Part shown: one piece after another, positions 38,155 through 49,500 of the stretch
How the letters are laid out: each line of letters begins with the position of its first letter
How positions within the stretch are numbered: position 1 is the stretch's first letter
Source of the DNA: Cercozoa sp. M6MM
Lineage: Eukaryota; Protista; Endomyxa: Ascetosporea
Strand: one strand, 5' to 3'
NCBI GenBank assembly: GCA_040357565.1
Contig: JBDODJ010000014.1
Length of the DNA stretch: 64,000 nucleotides
Notes under the pieces: generated by a model
Told to the model about the DNA's origin: nothing
What the model saw: the letters and a program-made list of their open reading frames with translations, nothing else
Database searches by the model: none
Made by a program: the position numbers and the translations under genes

Positions 38155-38577
38155 CAAATTAGGTGCAAGTGGCACACAAGACGTTGCAGAAGGCAGGAGG
38201 TTCCTGTAGAAATTGTGTCAAACCAGGGTCACTCCAGGCCCACGAGAAACGCCCATTTTGACCAAACCGGCCCACCGCACAAGAAGTGCGAAAAGTGTGC
38301 CCAACAAGCTACATACCAACGCAGTAATGCTGTTGGATGGCACACACGTTCGCGCACACACGACTGCAATGAGCGATGCACAAATTGTGGGTGGAGCCGT
38401 TTTGCTTTTCGATCACCGATCATAGGCACTCTTTACAGTAACAGCTTTTCTTGCAATGGTGATCAAGGTTGTTTACTGTCGGCAATTGACTCGCACTGTA
38501 CGTGTGTGCATTACAGGTAGCAAGTTCAATGAGTTCGATTTGTATTCGGGGATCACAGACAAGCACTGCGCTCAGAT

Positions 38578-38812
38578 TTACTCACAGACACCAAGTCCGA
38601 CATTGCACGTTAAACCAGTCGCACAGGGCTGCCCGGCAGAACCGTCGCATGACTCACCTGCCTGGGCAGCGCAGGTATCAGGAACTAAGTCTCCGTCAGT
38701 GTCAGCACACTCTCCGCTCGCGCAGCTGTCGTTTGCCGAGCAGGCTTCAAAGTTGTCCAGCAGACAGCGGCCCTTACTCCAACCTGCCCGTCCAAAGATG
38801 CACCCAATATGG

Positions 38813-38863
<51 letters not shown>

Positions 38864-40420
38864 GGCGGCACACGGCCGCACACAATGCGACATACCCGGT
38901 GCGATGTGACAGACTTGGCCATACTGGCACTGCACATCGGCGGTGCAGCGGTCGCCCAGGGCTGCTGCGCACTTGGGAGGGCCAACGACACCGTTGCTGC
39001 AGATGCCGCTGATGCAGTCACTTGCACCGTTGAGGCACGGGCCGATTCCGTTGGGCTGTTTGCAGACCTTGACACCCGGGGAAAGTTCCAGGCACTCGTG
39101 TCCCGGGAGACAATCGCAATGACGTTGGCACTCGGGGTTTCCCCCAAAACTAACAGGTGGCACCAGGCAGGTTCCCACCACCGACAAGTCATCAAGGAGC
39201 GACATGTCAGGCACCTCAGGCGTCATGGTCACCTGTGCTCCCGTGCGTGTCATGAAGCACTGCAGAGGCGGGGAGCAGTCGCTGTTGCACAAGCACTTGC
39301 TGCCTACGGGTTGTGGGTTGCCTGCGCCAAATGAGCAGGCACCGGTCACTTCGGCGAGGCCTTGCGGGTTCAGGTTTCGGTTGCCATCAGTCGTTGTGAC
39401 CATCACACCGACTACATAGATGATATTAGTCGTTTCCTGGCACTGCACAAAAGTTAAGAGGTAAGATACGACGATGCTTGCCATGCAATTCGGACAGTGC
39501 ACTGGCAACGTTCGCAGCACATGTAGTATCCGCAATGCAGACGAGCTCGGGATCGAACAGGTCGCATGTGTCGTCACCAGTATCGCACGGTCCACCCCTT
39601 AAACAAAACTCAAGAATCTACCCCCACAAGCAGCAATAATGATAGCAAATACAAACGAAGGTACAAGCCATTGTCGGGAGTGGGCGTGTCATAACGGAAC
39701 AGCGCCTTGGCCTCGGGTACGCCGATCTGCAACTGCGGCACGCACTCGCTCCCCTGCATATAAATATCGCATATGCAATAATGAGAGGTACAGCAGAAAA
39801 GGGCGATAGTACCTCAGGGTTGCAGTGGCCCAGCCAGAAGCGCGTCGAACACAGCGGCGTAGCTCCATTGCCCACCTACAATACCATAGCCGTTTGAAGT
39901 GCCAATTTAATGCACGTACAGTATGTTAATGAAGAGTTGCAGTACCAGACAAGGTTTGTTTTCAGGACACAGACAGTCGGCCTCGATCTGCTTGTTACAG
40001 TGTACACAAGTAGTACAGTGTGCAAGAGAAACTTTAAGCTCTGTACCTTGCCTGAGTTGAAGAACACGGGAGTGCAAGCACGCACTCCGAAGAAAGCGTC
40101 CTGAACAAAAAAGACGAGGATAGTACCTCTAAGATATTGCACCTGTTCAGTTGTTACAGTACCTTTTTGCAGATGAAAGGTGCGCCTGCCAGAGTGACAC
40201 GCAGCAGCAAGGATGCTGCCTCGGTGGTCGACACGCACCCGTTGTCTTTGTCGCAAACACCCGAGCAGCACACCATTGGGTCCACAAGACCGCGATCGTT
40301 GACGCACTTGCCGTGAACAATGCACGTCGGACGCATGATGGACAACGGCACGGACTGGTCAGCTTGCACCATCGACGACAACGCGACACCCAGACTGAGC
40401 AACAGCGTGGCCAACTTCAT
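38578..40420 (-). CDS. Secreted cysteine-rich protein, family copy A (8 exons, ~450 aa)
   Basis: Signal peptide then DQSVPLSIMRPTC. Seven GT-AG introns preserve frame. About 45 Cys by hand count. Colinear with the copy at 61457-63381. Confidence 0.85.
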
Positions 40421-40833
40421 TTCAGTTTCCAGATTCAACAGCTTCGGCGATTCGACTTTGGCTTAAACAATACTGCCTAATAATACACACAAGTTCTGCT
40501 AAGTTCCAGCTTCCAAGCTTCCGTAAAATTCTAAACGAAGAGTTTCGGTGCAAGCTGCGCTGCCTTTCTCTTTGTGCATTTGTGAAACGAGCGGTGTTTC
40601 CTGCGCACTATGTACGAAACGCCTGCGTTTTTCTGAGCTTAAAAACTGTGAATTGGAGACAGCTAGCGTTTCTACAAAGCAGGATTATGGGATAGCATAC
40701 GCATATTTACTGGGGAAAAATAAAAGATTTGAGGTTTTTCCAGGGTAAAACAAGTGCCCAGTGCTGTGTACAGTACTCGTGTGATGCGAGACACTGTGCA
40801 CTAAAGTGCTGTTTATTTTGTGTGTGCATCGCC

Positions 40834-42677
40834 ATGCACTGGCCTAGCGCTTTATTAGCACTTTGCTGGTCATTGGCGTTGTGTTTCGTCCATGTGGAAG
40901 CGTTGCACGTCACCATTCATGGCGAGCATGGCAGCAGTTACAGCATACCTCACCGCATCGCCACGTTCGGGTGGAACAGTGGTTTTGATCTTCATGGCTT
41001 GCAGGTACAGACAGTATCGGCAGATGCATTACTTTGATTTTGCGGCCACTTGCAGGTTTACCCTCCAAGTCTGAATGAGGCCTCTTTCGGATGCTCTGAC
41101 TTTGAAGTCGGCGAAACTAATGTCGAGAGCAAAGAAAAACGCGCTCTGATCATTCGACGCGGCCACTGCGAATTCGCAAAGAAAGCAAAGATCGCACGCG
41201 AGTTGGTACAGTTGTACCAAGTGCAGGTACAGTCAGAAAGGTCACTGTGCCTAAAATGTGTGACAGGGGTTCCACGCCCTGATTGTGCTGGACAATGACT
41301 CCAACAAAACTGTACTTTAAATAGATTCAGTCTATGCACTTAACTGTACATATGCTTATATGCTTGTGTACATATGTAGACACCAGTCACGATGGCGTTG
41401 GGTGACCCTGTGCACGATGCGCTTATGCTGCCGTCTATCTCTGTTGTCCTTCCTGATTACCTGCAGTTCTGTACGTTTACAATCTCTGTGTTTCGCGTTG
41501 CTGTTGTCTTTTTCTAACTTTACTACATCATTAGGGGGAACACATCTGACTGTTGACGTTAGTGACGATGACTCGCAACTTCCGTATGCTTCCATACTGA
41601 CTTGACTTTACGTTTGATCTCTTCACACTCTTTAGTCTCGGCATTGTTGCTGAAATCGAAACCGAGTGCGCTGACTTTGTTGAACACATGTCGAACCTGC
41701 GCGAGTCGTCGAATGCAACGAATTCCACGAACGCGAAAAACGCAGCAAACACGCGAATTGTGGTGAATCTCACACTCGACACCAAGGGTCTAAATCGCGC
41801 CAATAACATTTTCACTGACGCTTTGAGTCGCATTTTTGCCGCTCGTCGGCACCAGTGGCAGCAACTCTTTCCGGTACTGTGTTATCTTTTTATTTTTCGA
41901 GTGACGTGCCTTGCTTTCGGTATTTTCTCGTCCGCAGGGAAGTGCAGTTCTGTGGACACAAGTGTTTGTCGTGGACGAAATAAAGCAAAAAAACAGCGCC
42001 TATGTTGAGTACACGATTGATCGACGATTCGCGGTGAACGTTCTGCGTGTGTGGCAGCAACGCAGTACAGCACTTTTGGCTCTTGGCTGAACTGCATGAC
42101 TGAAAGAGACCGGAGGGACTCTTGTGTCTGTTGCAGGGATACGTGGTGTTTGGACTGATGTGTCGACTCCAACGGAAGTGCCACTTACGTCTCTGCTGCG
42201 TGTGGACACGACACACTTTGTGAGTGCCTTCGAGGGTCTGCTGCCTGCACTGCACTCGTCTGCTCTGTTGGACAACACGGATGATGCCACTGGCTACAAC
42301 AGTTCAGAGTCATTCGCACGTGAAATGTTTTACTTGGTATTTGTTTTTCACTGTTTTAACTTCAGGCTAAGCTGGTATACGCTTTCGCAACAGGCAACTG
42401 ACCCGGAAGAGTCGACATTCGCCGAGTCTGCTGTTGTTTCTTTCATCCGTGTAGCATCTGTTGCTTCCCTTTGATGACTTATGTTGTTGCACACTCTCCC
42501 TGATGTCTCCAGTTGGCCACACGCATGCTTAAACCGACCGAGTGGCTGTTTCTTCACCTTCCTTGTCCTCCAACGGCCGAGTCCGCCGGGATGTGCGTCG
42601 ACGAAAGTACCCTTGGCATCATCTTCATCGTCGGCTTTGCGCTTTTCCACTTTGCACGGCTTTTTCTGGGACTTTGA
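40834..42677 (+). CDS. PA (protease-associated) domain type I membrane protein
   Basis: Signal peptide, ATFG, FGC, ALIIRRGHCEFAKKAKIARELGFHALIVLDN, LPSISV. Probable C-terminal TM segment LGIIFIVGFALFHF. Middle exons are less certain. Confidence 0.72.
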
Positions 42678-42855
42678 TGTGTGATTTATCTAATCTCGAA
42701 CGCGAGAGCACGAAAACTGAAAAGCAATCGTAGCCACCGAATTTTCCAACCAGCCCACAAAATCCCTTCGATTGCGGGTCTACGCGCCTTTTGATAAGTC
42801 AAAACGATCAGTGAATGCAACAGTAGCTGCCTGCACACAGTGGGATTCAGTCTAA

Positions 42856-45578
42856 ATGCAAAGTCACATGTTTCAGAGTGGCGAAATCTCTCTGTTCTCT
42901 CGAGCTTGGTTGGTACGTTCTTTGTGTACAGTTTGCAGAATCACATGGCGGATTCCGCTTTGTACAATGGTGTATTTGAACACAGGATGTGAAAGACAGC
43001 ACGGGCAAGTGGCTAGAGGCACAGGTACTCGCAATATTACAGTATCGGTGCGGATTATACTGTACTCACAGGTGATCAAAGTCGACCCAGACGGGACGTT
43101 TGTGGTCCACTTCAAAGGCTGGACGAGTCGGTACACTTGTACACGTTTACAGTCCATCTGTCTTCTACGATATCCTACGTGTACGAGTAGATGGGACTGT
43201 CGTCTCAACGTACACAGCATCAGCGACATGCAGCGTGTTGCGCCTTTGCATACTCACACTGGTACCGTGTTTACCCTTCTGAGTATACCTTCTCTGATAC
43301 GCACACGTTATAGGAGCCAAACCAGTGGCACATCCACTCGGATTCACGAGTATCGAAGGCATCCAGAGAGGTACACTACCCTCGATGTGTCCCTGTGCCG
43401 GTCATCTTGTGCATACAGGTCTGCCTGTGGACGCATGTGATACCATGGGTCGCTGGTACCGTGCCACGGTGGCTCGAACGGAACTAGTGCATGGCGTGCC
43501 GATGCTGCAGGTGCACTACCTCGGCTGGGGCACTCGTTACGACGAGTGGCTGCGCCTGGACTCGTGCCGCCTGGCCCAGCACCTGTCCATGAGTGAGGGT
43601 GCCACCGGTCCCAACTACACCGACGAAAACCGGCGTGTCGTCTCGAATGACCGCCCACGTGCCCACTCGAATGACCGCCCACGTGACCACCCTAGTGATC
43701 GTCGACGTGATCGCCCACGTGACCACCCAAGTGAGCTCACCAGTGGACCACGTGTCAGCAGCAACAGCGACAGCGAGCAGCGCTACCGCGAGTTGCTGCA
43801 GCGACAGCGTGCTTGGCACATTGTCGATGTACCCTTTTCCTACCCTTCCTCTACTCTACCCATCCTCTACCCTTCCTCTACCCTTCCTCTACCCTTCTAC
43901 TCTTCCCGTAACCTTCTCCTTCCCTTAACATTCTCCACCTACAATGTAGATGAGAGGTGATGGCAATTGCTTGTTCCGCGCGGTTTCCTTCCTCGTCTAC
44001 GGCGACCAGGCGCACCGTAACTGGATCTTTGCCCCTTCCCCACTCCCCCTTTACCCCACTTCCTGTACAGACGAAGTGGTGCGTCGCAGCTGCGTGGGCT
44101 ACATGCGTTGCGAGTCGCATTTCTTTCGCAACTACGTCGACTCGGACAGTGGTACACCTACCCTTCATTGTGTGTCCCTGCTTCACACTATTGTTGTGAC
44201 AGAGGCAGACTTTGACACCTATTGCAACGCCATGGAACGATCGGTATACATGTTGCTAGTTTCGAAAGTGTTCCCTTTCACTTAAGCTCAAATATTTAGG
44301 GTGCCTGGGGAGGCCACGTGGAGATCCAAGCCCTCAGCGAACTGTACCAACGTCCCGTCCATGTGTTCGCCTATTCCACGGTAGCCTGTGTTCATACCCA
44401 TGCTTATAGACATCCTTGTTATATACTGTCGTTGCAGACACCTCTGCACACCTTCTCGGCTGGCTTGCAGTATACCTTGTCTGTGCTAAGTGTATTCTTA
44501 CATTTTAATCTGTGTGTCGCTGTGAGTCAGGGCAGTGACACCTCTGCGACTGAGTTATCATTGTCGATCGCACTACAATGCCATACACTCACCTGGTAGG
44601 GTCGTTGCTCTCTATATCTAGTGACTTACCTGTCAACGACTGTGCACACAACAGAGGACGCCAACGATGTGCGACTGCAGTCGACTCCCGGTGAGTACGA
44701 ACGCACGGTACAGCAGTTCCTTTGTTACACAGGAAGGAGTGTGTGTTAACTGAGGTGCTTGGTGTGTTTGTGCAGAGGATAGAACTGGTGCGTGCGATGC
44801 GTGCACCCGGTGCTGCTGCCGATGCACTCCAAGTCAGCGATCGCGAGGCTACGGAACAAACGGTACTTTCCACTACTTTCCACACTCCTCTGTCGCTTTT
44901 TGGTATACTGCCCTACGTGTACAGGCCCTGGCACAGGCACTCGAATTGTCACGACACGACCTGCCCACACAACAGGTGCTGTATCAACCTTTTATGTATT
45001 ATAAAGTATTATGTTGCTTAACTCAGATGGCGCAAATCGAGCTGGCAGCACAGCAGTCGCTGCAGCAGTTCGAACAGCGGCAACTCGAACTGGCGCGCGA
45101 GGTCTCTCGCCAGCAGTACGAGCAGTCTCAGCTCGAGGCTGCCCTGGCACAGTCCATGCAGGGGTACGATTTTGTTTAAGCTGCGACTGACACTGGATAT
45201 TGTCTCCCTATGTAGCGGTGACGAGGATGCCGACTTGGCACGTGCACTGAGTGCCTCGATGCAAGACGCGCCTCCTGCCGAGGTTGAGGTACCTCTGTCT
45301 TGCATACCTACGACGTGTTAAAGCTATGCGCGGCTGTGTAGGGAAGCAACGAGCTGTTCGACAGTTCGCAGGTGCCACCGGAAGTGCAGCAGTGTCTCGA
45401 TTTGGGTACTTTTTGTGTTATCGATGTTTATGGTTGTGTATAATTAAGAGTGTTGAGGGTAGGCTTTCCACTCGAGGCCTGTGCCGAGGCGTTCTCGCTA
45501 TTCGGCACGGATCATGCCGTCGCAGCCGAGCAGCGCTTGGCCAACATGGTCAACTTTCTGCTCGAGCGAGCCTCTTGA
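42856..45578 (+). CDS. OTUD5-like OTU deubiquitinase with two Tudor/chromo-barrel-like domains, UIMs and a UBA-like tail
   Basis: WLDVKDSTGKWLEAQV..VHFKGWTSRWD and VDACDTMGRWYRATV..VHYLGWGTRYDEWL. OTU motifs MRGDGNCLFRAVS, WGGHVEIQALSELY, LSYHCRSHYN. UIMs QLEAALAQS and DLARALSAS. Tail VQQCLDLGFPLE. Confidence 0.9.
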
Positions 45579-45943
45579 CGTGTGCTACTCGATCAGGCCA
45601 TAGTAGTATGTTACCGTCAGTTGTACCGTACTGTTACAGCACAGCGCAGCACGCAACGGCTCGGCGATAACGCTCGGTTAACCTTCTCGTCGGGAAAGTG
45701 CTCGCAATTGCAAGTTAAATTAAACTGAACTGAAGTAACGCTGCTTGAAAAGTGCAAACAAGGCGGCTTGTTGCAGCGTTTTGCTCAAAAAATGCGAATG
45801 CGCATGAAACCTAGCTGTCTTAGCGACGCGATCACTCCTCTGCTCTGTCAGGAATCTTAGTTCCAGCTGCTTTAGTGACCACTCTGAGGCCAAACCGACT
45901 GAAACCGTCGCCAAGAGAGAATTTCATCTAGAAGAGAACTGCG

Positions 45944-46122
45944 ATGAAGCTGTCCGCATCGATCCTGCTGACTTTGGCGGCATGCACTGCCGTGATGGCC
46001 GATCAACTGGTGCCGCTGTCCATCATGCGTCCGACGTGCATTCGTCAAGGCAAGTGCATAGGCGATCATGGTCATGTGGATCCCTCCGTGTGCTGCTCGG
46101 GTGTGTGCGACAAGGACAACGG
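45944..46122 (+). CDS. Secreted cysteine-rich protein, family copy B (5' fragment cut by an assembly gap)
   Basis: MKLSASILLTLAACTAVMA-DQLVPLSIMRPTCIRQGKCIGDHGHVDPSVCCSGVCDKDN, followed by Ns. Confidence 0.85.
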
Positions 46123-46222
46123 NNNNNNNNNNNNNNNNNNNNNNNNNNNNNNNNNNNNNNNNNNNNNNNNNNNNNNNNNNNNNNNNNNNNNNNNNNNNNN
46201 NNNNNNNNNNNNNNNNNNNNNN
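46123..46222. other. Assembly gap (100 N)
   Basis: Run of N. Confidence 0.99.
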
Positions 46223-46529
46223 TCATGCCTGACGATGGCACACCCGCACACACACACACATACACGCACGTGACAAGTACTCTGTATGGCTCTCAGTGTG
46301 CGAGGCATAGGCGTCTGACTAGTACTGCGGGAACATGAGGAGGGATTGCCGGGACGGTGTGGCGTTTGAGTTAGCAGTGCTACGAGCGCATGTTGTGTAT
46401 GCATGATGCCTGCAGCGATGAGCCCCGAGGATGCTAAATTCAAAGTATCACGACAGACCCCTCTCTCCTTTCTTCCGCACTGCCAAGGACGCCGACGCCT
46501 CAAACAATGAGCCAGCACGGGGCTCCTGA

Positions 46530-49500
46530 TTACGCGAAGTAGTTGTAGCTGCTGCTGACGCTGGTGATGGCGTCGAGTTGCTCGGCGTTGAAGCGTTCGC
46601 GGAACAACTGCAGAACCACATGCCACATCAACCCCATAAGTCAGGGGAGGATACAAGTGCAGGGTACCGTGGTCCACTGGTCCTCGTGCGTTTTGCGGAA
46701 GTCGGCGATGGCCTTCTTGGCATCGGCACTGACCTGTACATCAGCATGTCCACATGACCGTACATACAGACAGGCAGTGTCGAGTTAAGGCTACGGTAGC
46801 ACTGTCGCTCTGTGCCAGGTCGGCCACCTTGGCGGCCACCTCAGGCAGCCACTGCGGCACGTCGAACGGCTGCGACAGCAGCAGCGCCGACAGGCCCACC
46901 ATGCCTGCGTAGGAGGAAGAGGTAAGGGGGTAAAAAAGGGGGGGGGGGGGGCGGGGGGCGGTAAAGCGGGGGGTAAAACCAGAGTGTCGCGCCGCCAGAG
47001 CGCGCTTGCGCCGCCGCTTCAGTTTCGCCGATTTTTTCGACGCCGCCTCGCCTTCAACACACACCCCCTTAACCAGTCCATAGACAGGTCCACATGGACC
47101 AAGGATACCTGCATCGGCCGAGTGCACGGTGCGCTGACGCTTCGCTGGTCGTTCCTCGTCGTCTGGGAGACAAGAGGGGTCGGTAGGGTAGGTGGGTGGG
47201 GTGGGGGGGGGGGAGGGGTAAAGAGGGGGGTATAAATCGAGTGCACCACGCATGGCGTGCTGCTGCTGCTGCTGCTGTCGACGGTACTGTCGTAGCCACG
47301 AGTGCCGCTGCTGACCCGGTACCTTGCTGTACACACAAACAGGACGGTCCATTTGTACCACACACACATGAATAATTAAGGCTGCGATATACGTCGAGGC
47401 CAGATGCAGGAACTCGCGTCGCCACTCCTCCAGTTTGCCACGCAGTTTCGCGTCCGTCTTGAGTCTGTCCACAAACAAGTGTGTTCGTGTATATTCTCCA
47501 ATGTCCGCGCGGAAGCCAAAAGTACCGCGCATCGCCCAGATCGAACGACATGAAGAGACCGCGCAGTGCGTACGACGCTGCTCTTCGCACCTGCTCGGGG
47601 GGGGGGGGGGGAAAGGGGGAAAGGGGGTAAGAGGGGTAGGGATAGGGTAAGAGGGGGTAAAGTCGGCAAGGAGGCCTACCTCCGGATGCGCACTGTCACT
47701 GGCGAGTCGCCACATGAGCTGAAAACTGCACACACACCGAATGTGCAATCGTACCGTCCACGCGGACCACTCGGACAGTCCATTCGGACAGTCCAAACAG
47801 ACCGAAACCGAGAGGTACCTCTGATCGCGCTGCGGGTCGCTCATGCGCGCAAAGTTGCCCGGCACGGCGAACGACAGCACGTCGGCCAGACGGCGCTTCA
47901 TGTGTCCGCGCACCGCCTTGTCCAGTTCGTACTGTACACATGTACGCATATACAGTCCACATGTACGCATGTACAGTCCACAAGTCAGTTAAGGGAGTGT
48001 GATGTGTACCGAGTGCAGCGAGTCCAGCGTCTCGTGCGCACTGCTCAAAAAGAAGGCGATCAGCGCCGTGTCGCCCATGCTCTTGGCCGACAACGTGGCC
48101 TGTCCAACACGGAGTACATATGTATCGGTACACATGGACCAGTCCAGTCCAAATGGACCAGTTCAGTCCAAATGGACAAGGAGTGTACCAGAGCCAGGGC
48201 GGCCGAGTGCTGCAGCTGTCGCTGCGCCAGCAGTAGACGGTCGTTGACGCTGCGACTCTCCTCGCCCGCCGGCGCTCCCGGCGGACTCTCTGCGCCTACA
48301 CACACATGCTTGTTCGTACAGGAGGTACTGGGGTACTGCGTAGGTACTGGGCAGTAGGACAGGGCAGTACCAGCAGCGTGCTGCCGCAGTTGTGTCAGCA
48401 GGTGCGTCACGAGTGCCTGCGCCTCCTCGCGTGCCATGCCGGCCTGCGCCAGCTGCGCCACCAGCGCCTGCGGCGTCATCTGTACCGGCAGGAGGTAGGT
48501 AGGTAGGTAGGTAGGTAGGTAGGGACATGGGGGTGATAGATAGGTCGGTAGGTGGGGTATGTAGGTAGATAGGCAGGTACGTAGATAGGTAGGTAGATAG
48601 GTAAGATAGGTAGGTAGATGAATGGTAGGTAGGTAGACAAGGCAGGGTAGGCAAGGCACCTGTCCCGACAGCAGTGCGCCGACGTCGATGGCGACTTCCT
48701 TCTTGTGCTCCGAGAGACCCGACTCGGCAGTCTCTGCCTCGGCCATGTGCGTGTGTCCCGGTGAGAACACACTCGTGCCGCCGTGATCGTGCGCCACCGG
48801 GGCCACCTGCACACATGCACAGTCAGTGGTCACTCTCTCAGTGGTCACTCACTCAGTGGTCACCCTCACTCAGCGGTAACCCAGTCAGTCACACGTGGTC
48901 ATCCAGACACGTGCCCCGACAAGTCAGCATACCGGGACCTCGGCGGTGGCGCCGTCGATGTCGTCCTTGACGCCGCCCTCCTGATCGCTGCTCTGACTGA
49001 CGGTTTCCTCCGCGTGCTCACCGTCACCGTTCTCAGTGACACCGTCACCGTCACCGTCCTCAGTGACATCAGTGACAGTGACCGAGGAGGCATCAGTGGC
49101 GCGACGTTCGGCGGCACGTGCCACGGCAGACTCGCAGGCCACCACGGCACCTACAGTCCGCCCATGTGGTCAGCCATGCACTCACTCAGTTTAGCACGTG
49201 GCCACCCAGATGGTCACTCATGCACCCACGTGTTTATAGTGCGGTGTACTGGGCAGGATGCGAATCAGCGCGCGCGTGGCCACGTCGCCTAGCGAGGAGC
49301 GCGATCCCAGTGCTAGTACCTACCAGAGACACACGTGTTTTCGTGTGTACACACTAGACAGGGGGGGGGGGGCTACCGTGTCCAGCACGGCGGTGAGTCG
49401 CTCGGCCGTGCAGGCGGCACTGGCGACTTCGCTCTCGCTCGGCTGCGTCAGTTGCATCAACTGCACACACACACACACACATGCATACACGTTCATGGGT

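Noticed and set aside
47163-47250. Apparent non-canonical (AT-) donor in PSME4
   Set aside because: An in-phase gtgcac donor a few bases upstream explains the junction.
46530-47250. Nucleosome-length exon-intron periodicity
   Set aside because: Measured exons (54-110 nt) and introns (57-85 nt) give variable periods. Any periodicity cannot be supported without computation.
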